From Thainema sp. (GTDB lineage Bacteria; Cyanobacteriota; Cyanobacteriia; Phormidesmidales; Phormidesmidaceae), in contig JBQLZK010000043.1 of assembly GCA_052168235.1 (NCBI GenBank), positions 1 to 62,989 of the forward strand: 62,989 bases of DNA, in the 5' to 3' direction. Below, in pieces: positions 39,341 to 49,480 of the stretch; positions within the stretch are counted from its first letter, which is position 1, and each line of letters opens with the position of its first letter. Below the pieces are notes generated by a model. It saw only the letters and a program-made list of their open reading frames with translations. It did not search any database and was not told where the DNA came from. A program made the translations under genes and the position numbers.

Positions 39341-41737
39341 CTACTTCGCTAGCTCCTGCTCCTGCTCAGCAACCTGATGCATCGCCTGCACCACACTGTC
39401 AGGGTTGAGCGAAATCGAATCAATCCCACACCGCACCAAGAAAGCCGAAAAATCAGGATAATCACTGGGCGCTTGGCCGCAGATGCCGACCTTGCAGTTG
39501 TGGTTATGGGCTTTTTCAATCACCGTCTGAATCGCCTGCTTCACCGCCTCATCCCGCTCATCAAACAGATCAGAGAGTTCCGACGAATCCCGATCCACGC
39601 CTAAAACGAGCTGGGTCAGGTCATTACTGCCAATCGAGAACCCATCAAACCGCTCAGCAAACTGATCGGCCAGGAACACATTAGATGGAATTTCGCACAT
39701 CACGTAGATCTGCAAGCCATTTTCGCCGCGTCGTAAACCATTTTCGGCTAAGACCTCCAGTACCTTATCTGCTTCCTGCACCCGCCGACAGAAGGGAATC
39801 ATAATGATCACATTGTCAAAGCCCAGCACCTCACGCACTTGCTTAATCGCTTTGCACTCCAACGCAAACCCCGCCCGATAGCGATCGCTATAGTAGCGAG
39901 AGGCACCCCGGAAGCCCAGCATTGGGTTTGATTCCTTTGGCTCAAACGCTGATCCACCGATCAAATCCGCATACTCGTTAGTTTTGAAGTCACTCATCCG
40001 CACAATGACCGGATGGGGATACTGAGACGCCGCGATCTTACCAATGCCGCGCGCCAGATTATCGACAAAGTACTGCTGCTTATCTTTGTAACCCTTGGTG
40101 AGTTCTCGAATCTGCTTCCAGGCTTTGCGATCCTCTAGCTCGTCGTAGTGAACCAGCGCCATCGGGTGAATCTTAATCAGGTTGTTGATGATGAACTCCA
40201 TCCGGGCTAGGCCGATACCCTGAGTCGGCAACTGCCACCAGCGAAATGCCGCCGAGGGACTGGCAATATTCATCATGATTTGCGTCTGAGTAGACGGCAG
40301 ATTACTAATATCCACATCCACCGTGTCATAGTCCAAAATGCCGCTGTAGACCTGCCCCTGATCGCCTTCAGCACAGGAAATCGTCACTTCGTCATCATCA
40401 CTCAGCACCCGCGTCGCATCACCAGTACCCACAATGGCCGGAATTCCTAGCTCACGGCTGACAATGGCCGCATGGCACGTCCGACCGCCGTAATCGGTCA
40501 CAATTCCAGCCACCCGCTTCATCACAGGCACCCAGTCGGGGTCGGTCATTTCCGTCACCAGAATGCTGCCGTCCTGTACCTGATCGATATCCTCGGCGCT
40601 GAGAACTCGACAAACCTTGCCAGATGAGATCGCATCTCCAATACTCAGTCCGGTGACAATGGTTTCACCCTGTTCCTTGAGTTTGTAGCTCTTGAGGCTG
40701 CCAGCTTGCTTTTGAGACTGAACGGTTTCGGGGCGAGCCTGCACGATAAACAGCTCGTCAGTGTCGCCATCCTTGGCCCACTCCATATCCATTGGGCAGC
40801 CGTAGTGTTGTTCAATAGCCTTAGCCCACTCCGCCAACTGTAAAATCTCGTCGTCATTGAGGACAAAGGCATTGCGCTCTTTACCAGAGGTTTTGACATT
40901 GACGACGGCCTTGCTGTCTTCCTCGGCGTAGATCATCTTTTGGGTTTTGGAACCCTTCGTTTTTTCGATAATCGGGCGATGCTCACCGTCTAGCAGTGGC
41001 TTAAAAACCGTGAACTGGTCAGGCGTGACGGTGCCCTGCACCACGTTCTCGCCCAAACCCCAAGCGCCCGTAATCAGCGCCACATCTTCAAAGCCCGTTT
41101 CGGTATCAATTGAGAACATGACGCCTGCGCTGGCTTTGTCAGAGCGCACCATTTTCTGAACGCCAATCGACAGTGCCACGTCCATGTGGTCAAAGCCTTT
41201 CTCTTCCCGATAGCTGATAGCGCGATTTGTAAACAACGATGCGTAGCACTTGCGGCAGGCATTGAGCAGTTTCTTCTCTCCGGTCACATTGAGAAAGGTT
41301 TCCTGCTGTCCGGCAAAGCTCGCGTCCGGCAGGTCTTCAGCGGTAGCGCTACTGCGGACGGCGGTGTCTACTTCATCCACTTCGTAGCGACGGCTCAGCT
41401 CCCGATAGGCTTCGCAGATGGCATCGCGTAAGTCATCCGGAAAGGGAGCATCGTGAAACATGCGCCGAATCGCTTTACCCGTCTCGGCTAGAGACTGCTT
41501 ATCGTTTTCCAAGGCATGAAGCTGGGACTGGATCTGATCCTGTAGCTGATTGGCTTCAATGAAGGCCCAGTAAGCATCAGCGGTGGTGGCGAAACCGTCC
41601 GGCACTCGCACTCCCTCATCCTTGAGTGAGCTAATCATTTCACCCAGAGATGCGTTTTTGCCACCCACAATTTCAACATCGGTATTTTTTAATTGATCAA
41701 ACCACTGAATGTATGGATTTTCTGTTTGATTACTCAT
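39341..41737 (-). CDS. ppsA: Phosphoenolpyruvate synthase
   Basis: GGKNASLGE, RSSATAED, GGRTCHAAI, SIGSNDL and GICG motifs. Confidence 0.96.
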   Translation of the reverse strand: MSNQTENPYIQWFDQLKNTDVEIVGGKNASLGEMISSLKDEGVRVPDGFATTADAYWAFIEANQLQDQIQSQLHALENDKQSLAETGKAIRRMFHDAPFPDDLRDAICEAYRELSRRYEVDEVDTAVRSSATAEDLPDASFAGQQETFLNVTGEKKLLNACRKCYASLFTNRAISYREEKGFDHMDVALSIGVQKMVRSDKASAGVMFSIDTETGFEDVALITGAWGLGENVVQGTVTPDQFTVFKPLLDGEHRPIIEKTKGSKTQKMIYAEEDSKAVVNVKTSGKERNAFVLNDDEILQLAEWAKAIEQHYGCPMDMEWAKDGDTDELFIVQARPETVQSQKQAGSLKSYKLKEQGETIVTGLSIGDAISSGKVCRVLSAEDIDQVQDGSILVTEMTDPDWVPVMKRVAGIVTDYGGRTCHAAIVSRELGIPAIVGTGDATRVLSDDDEVTISCAEGDQGQVYSGILDYDTVDVDISNLPSTQTQIMMNIASPSAAFRWWQLPTQGIGLARMEFIINNLIKIHPMALVHYDELEDRKAWKQIRELTKGYKDKQQYFVDNLARGIGKIAASQYPHPVIVRMSDFKTNEYADLIGGSAFEPKESNPMLGFRGASRYYSDRYRAGFALECKAIKQVREVLGFDNVIIMIPFCRRVQEADKVLEVLAENGLRRGENGLQIYVMCEIPSNVFLADQFAERFDGFSIGSNDLTQLVLGVDRDSSELSDLFDERDEAVKQAIQTVIEKAHNHNCKVGICGQAPSDYPDFSAFLVRCGIDSISLNPDSVVQAMHQVAEQEQELAK

Positions 41738-41950
41738 AATGATTTAGAAATTTGTAATGGGTTTACTAAATATTGAATCTACAAAAGATTGAATTTACAA
41801 AAGTGCGATCGCACTTTTGTATTAAATTCCTTTCCTAGCAGTATGCATTTAGCGTAGTTATATAAATGCCCCGCTGTTACCACACCTTGTAAAAAGCACA
41901 ACGATTTCATCGCCGTCAACGAAAAAATTAAAGTCACAATTTTACGTGTT

Positions 41951-41982
41951 ATGTAAGGGCGAATGGCCATTCGCCCCTACAT
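41951..41982. repeat. REP-like GTAG palindrome
   Basis: ATGTAAGGGCGAATGGCCATTCGCCCCTACAT. Confidence 0.65.
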
Positions 41983-41998
41983 GAGTAGAAAACCATCA

Positions 41999-42988
41999 TT
42001 AAGCCGCTAAACGAACGGCTTCCTTGACCATCTGGCTGGCATAGCCCCATTCATTGTCATACCAGCTCATGACCTTGACCAGATCGCCATCGACAACTTT
42101 CGTCATCGTTAAGTCCACGATAGAGGCACGCGGATCTTGCACGATGTCAGCGGAAACCAGCGGCTCCTCGGTCACGCCCATCACGCCTTGATAGCTATCG
42201 CGTTCAGCTTCTTCCCGGAAGATCTGGTTCACTTCATCTACATTGGTGGGACGCTCAGTAACGAAAACAATGTCGCAGATTGAGCCGACCGGAATTGGCC
42301 CCCGAATCGCTGCACCGTCGAACTTGCCTTCATACTGCGGTAGCACCTGAGTCGTTGCGATCGCAGCTCCGGTACTGGTCGGCACAAAATTCGCGGCTCC
42401 GGCCCGACCCCGTCGCCACTTGCTGCTTGGCCCATCGACGATATTTTGCGAAGTCGTATAGGCATGAACCGTCGTCATCATCGCTTTTTTGATCCCGATC
42501 CGGCGACCTATCACTTCCACCACAGGCGTAATGCAGTTGGTTGTACAGCTAGCGCAGGAAACAATCGAATCGCCGTTGGCCTGGTTAACGCCGTGAACAA
42601 CGGTTTCAATGTCATCACTTTTGGCGGGAGCTGATAGTACGACCCGCTTTGCACCAGCTTGTAGATGCTTTTCTAAATCGGGACGCTTGCGAAAAATACC
42701 CGTGCATTCCAGCACGACATCAACCTTCATGTCTTTCCAAGGCAAATTCGCGGGATCCTTTTCGCTAAAGATAGGATAGGCGTGCCCATCAATGACAAGC
42801 TGATTGTCCTCCGCTTTAACGGATCGGTTATAGCGACCGTAGACAGTATCGTACTTGAGCAAATACGCCAAATTAGCCACATCAACCAAGTCATTGATAG
42901 CAACCAGTTCTAGCTCAGGCGTATCCAGAATAATTTTTAAGGCGGCGCGGCCAATGCGGCCTAAGCCGTTAATCGCAATCCGGGGCAT
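41999..42988 (-). CDS. gap: Type I glyceraldehyde-3-phosphate dehydrogenase
   Basis: NGLGRIGR, ASCTTNC and WYDNEWGY motifs. Confidence 0.96.
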   Translation of the reverse strand: MPRIAINGLGRIGRAALKIILDTPELELVAINDLVDVANLAYLLKYDTVYGRYNRSVKAEDNQLVIDGHAYPIFSEKDPANLPWKDMKVDVVLECTGIFRKRPDLEKHLQAGAKRVVLSAPAKSDDIETVVHGVNQANGDSIVSCASCTTNCITPVVEVIGRRIGIKKAMMTTVHAYTTSQNIVDGPSSKWRRGRAGAANFVPTSTGAAIATTQVLPQYEGKFDGAAIRGPIPVGSICDIVFVTERPTNVDEVNQIFREEAERDSYQGVMGVTEEPLVSADIVQDPRASIVDLTMTKVVDGDLVKVMSWYDNEWGYASQMVKEAVRLAA

Positions 42989-43022
42989 AGGCTTTCTCCA
43001 AAATCAACGTTGGAACTGAGGT

Positions 43023-43373
43023 CTAGTAAGGCGCAGGCTGATCGCGACCAAATGCGATCGCAGGTGGGCTAGTCGCTTCCACCGCTGTGAAGGGTTCCAG
43101 GATGGTGTACGTATGTTCCCGTTGCGCTGGCACAATCCAGGCATCACCAGGGTTCAGCGTGATGGTCTCACCATCGATATGGAGCTGGGCTTTTCCTTCA
43201 ATAACGTAGCCAACGGTTTCATATTCCCGACTTCTGGGCGGTTTAGCATCCTGGGGCTGCTCTCGCTCCCATTTGCGAATCGACATTTGATCGCCAACAA
43301 CTAGATATTTTTGGCCCATTTCACCAATCTGGGCCTCGGCTGATGGCATTTTGGTTGCGCGAATCTCTACCAT
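43023..43373 (-). CDS. Cupin domain protein
   Basis: ETVGYVIEG and LNPGDAWIVP..EH motifs. Confidence 0.85.
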   Translation of the reverse strand: MVEIRATKMPSAEAQIGEMGQKYLVVGDQMSIRKWEREQPQDAKPPRSREYETVGYVIEGKAQLHIDGETITLNPGDAWIVPAQREHTYTILEPFTAVEATSPPAIAFGRDQPAPY

Positions 43374-44093
43374 TATCGTTATGTAGTAGCGTCACCTAAC
43401 CTTAACGATCCCGCCTCGATTAATCGTCCTTCTGGTGGAAGAGCCTCAAGCTCAAGCTCCGTCTTTCTTATGAGGGATCGACATCTAGAGTGCTAGCTGT
43501 AAGCAGACCCACATCTTGTGTCGGAATTGTCCTTTTGAGTTCTTGATGAGCCAGATGCAAGATATAAGTAGTGGTTTAGCTACTGATGGATTGTGCGATC
43601 GCAGTTTTCTTTACTTATATGAAATTAACGAAACAAGCACGAAGAGAGATCTACAATAAAGTTACTAAGGCTACAATTTCGGCAAAAATCTCCTGATTGC
43701 GAGACACTTTGCCACATTAGTTTGTGAAACTTCTAATAAAGTAATCTACTCTCTGTTTTGCAAGCAGTCGTTTTTCAACAGTGACTATAAGCTGTTCCCG
43801 CTAGCTTTGCTATGCATTGCAAAATAGTGTCTCGATATTAATCAAAACTAACGGGTTCTCTATCTCCAAATCGCTCCATAACTAGCCCTACAGCATTGCT
43901 CATCATCATGAGTCTCATTGAGGTTCATGAGAGTGTTGCCCTGCCAAGTTGAGGGCGCTTTATGGCCAGAGCATAACCAGTCTGACAGTTCTAGTCGTCC
44001 CAACTGTCAGACGGTATTGGTGTGACTAAAAATCCAAAGATCATAGGGCCTGACCCCGCATTGAACTTCTACATATCTATGGGTTAAATAAAA

Positions 44094-44798
44094 ATGACTT
44101 TACCCAGATCGACAACTGTTGATTGTGACAGCCGTAATCTTTCCCAGTGCGATCGCTGTATTTTGAACTTAATTCAGCAGCGATTAATGCAACCCGATCC
44201 CGAACGACCTGCTTTCAGCCACGAAAAATATAGTCTAAGGCAGTTTAAAAAGTTTTTTGAAGAAATCGGCCTTTTAGTTGTATCAATTGATGGTCAAATT
44301 CAATTTCTAACGCAGCAGGCCGATTATCTACTTCATAAATATGCTTTATTTCATGAATCTCGCACGTTATCAGATTTAATACAGCATTGGTTTAAGTATC
44401 AAGTTGCTCAACGCTTAGCGATGGGTAATGTTCGAGCCTGCAATATTCCACTCACAATTGAAAAAACAGAAGAAAGTTTGGTTATTCGTTTTATTCCTGA
44501 TGAAAGTCGCAATCAATATTTGTTACTGCTGGAAGAACGAGAACTGCGTGGTTTTACAGTTGAATCGCTGGAATTACTTGGCCTTACCCAACGGGAAGCA
44601 GAGGTTCTATTCTGGGTCACTAAAGATAAAAGCAATGCTGAAATTGCCTCTATTTTGGGCTGTAGTAAAGGGACAATTCGAAAACACTTGGAAAACATTC
44701 ATAGAAAGCTAGGTGTACAAACTCGAACGGCTGCTGTGATGACGGCGCTAGAGCGCTTAGGTCTGCTACGAGAACCATTTGTTGCTAATTTGTCATAA
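44094..44798 (+). CDS. LuxR-family HTH regulator
   Basis: LTQREAEVL, SNAEIA and TIRKHLENIHRKLGVQTRT; no receiver domain. Confidence 0.9.
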   Translation: MTLPRSTTVDCDSRNLSQCDRCILNLIQQRLMQPDPERPAFSHEKYSLRQFKKFFEEIGLLVVSIDGQIQFLTQQADYLLHKYALFHESRTLSDLIQHWFKYQVAQRLAMGNVRACNIPLTIEKTEESLVIRFIPDESRNQYLLLLEERELRGFTVESLELLGLTQREAEVLFWVTKDKSNAEIASILGCSKGTIRKHLENIHRKLGVQTRTAAVMTALERLGLLREPFVANLS

Positions 44799-44802
44799 TT
44801 CC

Positions 44803-44848
44803 ATACGCGGATCATCGTATTGTTTCCGCTGCTTACTTTACCTATTTT
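44803..44848 (+). promoter_or_regulatory. Conserved box 1 plus -10-like hexamer
   Basis: ATACGCGGATCATCGTAT-22 nt-TATTTT. Confidence 0.75.
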
Positions 44849-44950
44849 CAAGTTATTGCTGTCAATTCATTTCTCGAAAAATGACGATTTCGCAATACTC
44901 TAATGACAAAAATACAATCCAATAATTATTTGACAAAGAAGAGGTGAACT

Positions 44951-46618
44951 ATGAGTAACCAACGAGAATGGCAGGACAATTTAGCTCTTGGGCAAAATCA
45001 AGTTTTTGAACCTGATCAAAACTATCGAACAAAGGATGAAGATAATAGAACGCTGTTTAACACAGCCACGTTTACTCACGACTATAAACTAGCGCAGGCT
45101 TATGCTAGTGTACGAGTTCTTGAATATCGAGGAGAAGGAGATTTAAAGGTTGAATCCTTTGATGATTATTTAGCTCCTCGCGCCGCTGCTTTAAGAGCAC
45201 GATTCCAATCGATAGAGCATCCTCGCCCGACATTTCCCAGTGATGAAGCCTACCTCAATATGAGAACTCGGCACCACTATCCTTGCGGAGAGGTTTTAAT
45301 CATTGTTGATCAAGCAATTTATGATGCAGTCAGTAAGAGTATTCAACAGTATGTTTTAGACATCGGTCGGGAAGGATACTGGGCTAGTATCTATTCAGTT
45401 AGCGGTGGAGGGCCGCAAGATGTTCGAGGCTTTATTCAACAACATTCCTGTGTTGGGGCTCTACTAATCGGTGCAATTCCAGCACCTTGGTTTGAGCTAG
45501 ATAATGACTTCCATGATCAAAAAACGAGCTTCCCCTGTGATTTATATTATATGGATCGCAATGCTACCTGGAGTGATCCAGATGGTAATGGTAAGTTCAA
45601 TAGTGTCAGTGGTCATGTCGATCCAGAGATTTGGGTAGGGCGGTTATGGACGCCTACTGCTAACGGTAATGATCCGGTCATGATTAATAACTATTTTACC
45701 CGCAATCATGATTTCAGATTGGGCAACCTAGGTCATGCTAATTCTGCTCTAGCTTTTGTAGATGATGACTGGCAAGGTTTCCATGATTGTGCATTTGATG
45801 AACAGTTTTCGTCATCTGCCATTACGACTTACACCAATCCCGACACAACTGATGCTGATTTATACAAAGCCGAAGTAAATTCTCTGCGTTCATGGGTACA
45901 ACTATGTGCTCATTCCTGGACGTATGGACATGCTTTACACGTTCCAGCAGAAAACAAAGATGAATATATTCAAAACAGCTACTTTAAGGATATTAATCCA
46001 CCCAATGCTCACTTCTATAACCTTTTTTGCTGTGGACCAGGTCGCTATACCTCTAGTGATTATTTGGCAGGTTGGTATATTTTTGACAAAGCAGGAGGTG
46101 GCAAAAATCACGGTTTAACCGCTATTGCCAGCGCGAAGTCTGGATCAATGCTCATGTTTGAGGATTTTTATCGTCCTTTAGGACAAGGAGCAGATATTGG
46201 TACCGCTTATCGTCAATGGTGGCAGGCACGAGGGCCATCCCATGATTTGAATGAGCAGCGATGGCATTACGGCATGGTTCTACTCGGTGACCCGACTTTA
46301 ACGTGGTCTAAGGGAGCCGTTCCGACGCTCGAACAGCCAGAAAATGAGAGCGTCTTTGATCATTGGCCCAGAAAGATGCAGTTTCGCTGGTCTCCCGTCA
46401 ACCTACCGAATGTAAAATATCACGTTCAGATTGATTACTTTACCGGGAACTGGGCAGAAGAAACGGGTCGCTCCTGCTTTAATTATCACGATGTTGCGGA
46501 TAACTCGTTAGACTTCAATTTTGTAGGTATGCAGCGGGGACGCTGGCGAGTTCGGGCCAAGGTTAATAACACTTTCTGTAGGTGGTCTCCCTGGTCTTAT
46601 TTCCGCTTTACAGTGTAA
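44951..46618 (+). CDS. Gingipain/C25-like (clan CD) protease with C-terminal beta-sandwich domain
   Basis: CDLYYMD, PEIWVGRL, AH...FCC dyad and VLLGDPTL; GAGG RBS; no signal peptide. Confidence 0.7.
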   Translation: MSNQREWQDNLALGQNQVFEPDQNYRTKDEDNRTLFNTATFTHDYKLAQAYASVRVLEYRGEGDLKVESFDDYLAPRAAALRARFQSIEHPRPTFPSDEAYLNMRTRHHYPCGEVLIIVDQAIYDAVSKSIQQYVLDIGREGYWASIYSVSGGGPQDVRGFIQQHSCVGALLIGAIPAPWFELDNDFHDQKTSFPCDLYYMDRNATWSDPDGNGKFNSVSGHVDPEIWVGRLWTPTANGNDPVMINNYFTRNHDFRLGNLGHANSALAFVDDDWQGFHDCAFDEQFSSSAITTYTNPDTTDADLYKAEVNSLRSWVQLCAHSWTYGHALHVPAENKDEYIQNSYFKDINPPNAHFYNLFCCGPGRYTSSDYLAGWYIFDKAGGGKNHGLTAIASAKSGSMLMFEDFYRPLGQGADIGTAYRQWWQARGPSHDLNEQRWHYGMVLLGDPTLTWSKGAVPTLEQPENESVFDHWPRKMQFRWSPVNLPNVKYHVQIDYFTGNWAEETGRSCFNYHDVADNSLDFNFVGMQRGRWRVRAKVNNTFCRWSPWSYFRFTV

Positions 46619-46645
46619 TGAAGTAAGCTCACTTCAAAGTCGGTA

Positions 46646-46712
46646 AATTATTTTGTGAAAGGTTGAATTTTTAGCCTTTCACAAAATAATTCGGGTTCTT
46701 ACACAAAAACTT
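46646..46712. repeat. Palindromic element, same family as 62828-62926
   Basis: AATTATTTTGTGAAAGG/CCTTTCACAAAATAATT followed by GGGTTCTTA. Confidence 0.7.
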
Positions 46713-46736
46713 GCTATTAGTATAATATTCAAATTT

Positions 46737-46816
46737 GGCGTTGCTTAATCTGGGTATGAATTGTGATGTGGGGGCGGTGCCTCCACATCACAATTCATAC
46801 TTAAAATCAGCAATCC
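46737..46816. mobile_element. Palindromic MITE-like element
   Basis: GGCGTTGCT..GTATGAATTGTGATGTGG / CCACATCACAATTCATAC..AGCAATCC. Confidence 0.65.
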
Positions 46817-46848
46817 CTTCAGATTTATTGCAAAATTGTCATAATGCT

Positions 46849-46894
46849 ATACGCAGATCATCGTATTTTAGCCAGTCAAGATATTTGCCAAAAT
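46849..46894 (+). promoter_or_regulatory. Conserved box 2 plus -10-like hexamer
   Basis: ATACGCAGATCATCGTAT-22 nt-CAAAAT, with TGn. Confidence 0.75.
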
Positions 46895-46959
46895 TAGAGA
46901 TGAAAGAGCGTGTATGCTAAGCCGCTTGAGGTCTACTGTTGGTAGATAGGAGGATCTCA

Positions 46960-47544
46960 ATGTTAGAGCAACCCAAACAGCAGCAAATGCTAACGATTTA
47001 TCTTCAAGAATACAGCAAGCTGAAGGATGAACAGTCTGCTCGAATTGGCTTTCGAGATAATTTGCTCTACGTAACGCTTGGCCTGTTTGGTGGAATTTTG
47101 ACCTTTAGCTTAGGCGAAACGTTAAACCCCTATGCACTTTTAGTTTTACCGTGGGTCAGTCTTATTTTGGGCTGGACATATCTTGTCAATGATCAGAAGA
47201 TTACGGCCATTGGCCGCTACTTACGGTACGGACTAGTCGATAAAGTTCATGCCTTGATTGGTGATGCTGGCCTTGAATCGATCTTTGGTTGGGAGATCGT
47301 CCACAGAAGCGATTTACGACGACAGCGACGAAAACTGGAACAGTTGGTCGTTGATGAGGTGACGTTTGTTCTATCTGGGATCATTGGATTAGTTGTTTTT
47401 GGCTATTTTCTGCATCAGCCATCTTCACTTAATCCTCAGTTGCCGATGATGGCCATTGTATTGCTGATGGGAGTTGAACTCGGTCTGCTGATCATTTTAG
47501 GCATCGAAATTTTTCTGTATGCAGATCTGGCTAAAGGACGCTAG
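46960..47544 (+). CDS. 4-TM membrane protein
   Basis: AGGAGG RBS; EYSKLKDEQSARIGFRDN followed by hydrophobic helices. Confidence 0.8.
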   Translation: MLEQPKQQQMLTIYLQEYSKLKDEQSARIGFRDNLLYVTLGLFGGILTFSLGETLNPYALLVLPWVSLILGWTYLVNDQKITAIGRYLRYGLVDKVHALIGDAGLESIFGWEIVHRSDLRRQRRKLEQLVVDEVTFVLSGIIGLVVFGYFLHQPSSLNPQLPMMAIVLLMGVELGLLIILGIEIFLYADLAKGR

Positions 47545-47558
47545 AGGGAGACGGAATT

Positions 47559-49460
47559 ATGGATCCCCTAATTGATTTTGCGATCGCAACGGCTATCGAA
47601 ATTGAACGACGAGCAGTTTGCCAGATCTTTCAGATAACCGATGACGATCGGGTGTTTGAAGGTTCGCGGGTCTACTGGCGCAAGTCTGTAGCACTGAAAG
47701 ATGGTGAATTCTATGAAGTTGTCGTTGTTCAGTCGCCTGATATGGGCGGAGTCGATTCTGCGCTGCTGATATCCGATACGATTCACCACTGGAATCCAGG
47801 GGCCATTTTGCTGGTTGGAATCGCGGCGGGTGTTGATCGCGCTAAACAGCAATTGGGTGATCTGATAATTGGTCGAGATATCTGTTATTACGAGCGCGGC
47901 AAGCTCACTCCAGAGGGAAAACAGCCTGAGCCAATTATGTATCGGGCTGATTCAACGTTGTGGAGTCGTGTGCAGGCCATTTCGGCTTGGCGTCCCCCGC
48001 CAACCTTGCCCAGACCCGATGGCACATCAGCAGAGCCCAAAATTCACTATAGTGCGATCGCATCTGGTGAAAAGGTAATTGCAGATCCGACAATTCGAGA
48101 TGAAATTACCAGTGGGCACCGCAAGATTGCCGCAATTGAAATGGAAGGCTATGGATTTAGTGCGGCGGCTTGGCAAAGTTTTGATCATATTCGCAGTCTG
48201 GTCATTAAAGCAGTTTGTGATTTTGCTGACACAGAAAAAAGCGATGACTGGCATCTGTATGCAGCCACCGTTGCTGCTAGCTTTGCGTACCATTTTTTAC
48301 AGGATCGACCGCTAGAGCCACGTAATGCCCCTCATCGGTCACCTCCAGCACCTAGTCAATATAAACCTATCATTAATCAATTAAAATTTGGCAATATTGT
48401 GCCTTTTTTGGGGCCAGGAATTAATCCAAATTTATATGTTCAGCTAGCCGCACAATTAGGTCAGTCAATTGAAGATAATCTTGTACATGATCCGAGCTGG
48501 CAGCCATCAGCAAAGCCAAATATTATTCAGCGGCTGATTGGTATGCCGTGTCAAGCTTGCTACTACTTACCCGATGAGCGACCTAAAGAATGCCCCATGC
48601 TGCTTGGTATAGAAAGAGCTCAGCACTGTCCATTATTTATTGAACAGCAGCTAGCAGTTGCCAAAATGAACCTACGCTACCTTTCACAGTACTACAAATT
48701 AACGAATAGTTTAAATACATTCTATGCTCAGTTTTATGACATATTTGAAACAACACAGGGCTCTCCAAATTCAGTTCATCGCTTCTTTGCTGAACTACCA
48801 TTTTTGATGAAGCATAAAGGCTATCCTAATCGTTATCCAGGTTTGCCCTATCAGCTAATTGTAACAACAAATTATGACAACTTGTTAGAACAGGCATTTG
48901 ATAAGATTTACCAACCTTATGACGTTATTTATTATATTGCCGATGGAGATAATCGGGGCAAATATAAGCATCGGTCTTATCAATCCGAAGTAGATGAAAT
49001 CATTGATGATCCTAAAAATTACGATGATCAACTGCCGCTTCGTAAACCGTGGGGGCGTTCGCGGGAACCTCGACCAATTATTTTGAAGCTCTATGGAACA
49101 TGGGAAAATAATTTTGTTGTAGCCGATGATCATCTGATCTATTTGGCTAGCAGTCCGATTCAAAATTTGCCGCCCAGTTTATTTAGAATTCTGTACGAGT
49201 CCAGCGCTTTATTCTTAGGATACAGCCCCAATGATTCTGACTTGCAACTGATTGTTCATCGACTTTGGCAAGATAAACCGCTGCCGGGTGGCTCGCGATT
49301 GATCCATCACTGCCAACCGGGAGAAATTGAGCAAAAAATTTGGCAAGAACAGAGAAATACAGAATTGATTGCGACTACTTGTTCACCAGAAGAATTTGTG
49401 GCTTCGTTGCGACAGGATATTGAAGATTTAGCGCCAAGAATTGCAGAATTCACCAGATGA
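47559..49460 (+). CDS. PNP/MTA-SAH nucleosidase fused to SIR2-like domain
   Basis: PNP motifs VGIAAG, IASGEK, IEMEG and CDFAD; SIR2 motifs PFLGPG, TTNYD, KLYG and FLGYS. Confidence 0.85.
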   Translation: MDPLIDFAIATAIEIERRAVCQIFQITDDDRVFEGSRVYWRKSVALKDGEFYEVVVVQSPDMGGVDSALLISDTIHHWNPGAILLVGIAAGVDRAKQQLGDLIIGRDICYYERGKLTPEGKQPEPIMYRADSTLWSRVQAISAWRPPPTLPRPDGTSAEPKIHYSAIASGEKVIADPTIRDEITSGHRKIAAIEMEGYGFSAAAWQSFDHIRSLVIKAVCDFADTEKSDDWHLYAATVAASFAYHFLQDRPLEPRNAPHRSPPAPSQYKPIINQLKFGNIVPFLGPGINPNLYVQLAAQLGQSIEDNLVHDPSWQPSAKPNIIQRLIGMPCQACYYLPDERPKECPMLLGIERAQHCPLFIEQQLAVAKMNLRYLSQYYKLTNSLNTFYAQFYDIFETTQGSPNSVHRFFAELPFLMKHKGYPNRYPGLPYQLIVTTNYDNLLEQAFDKIYQPYDVIYYIADGDNRGKYKHRSYQSEVDEIIDDPKNYDDQLPLRKPWGRSREPRPIILKLYGTWENNFVVADDHLIYLASSPIQNLPPSLFRILYESSALFLGYSPNDSDLQLIVHRLWQDKPLPGGSRLIHHCQPGEIEQKIWQEQRNTELIATTCSPEEFVASLRQDIEDLAPRIAEFTR

Positions 49461-49480
49461 CTTGGTAAGGAGTAAACGCG

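Noticed and set aside
43688..43860. Transposon ends upstream of luxR (CGAGACACT/AGTGTCTCG)
   Set aside because: Only a 9-bp match, no target duplication or transposase; at most a decayed MITE.
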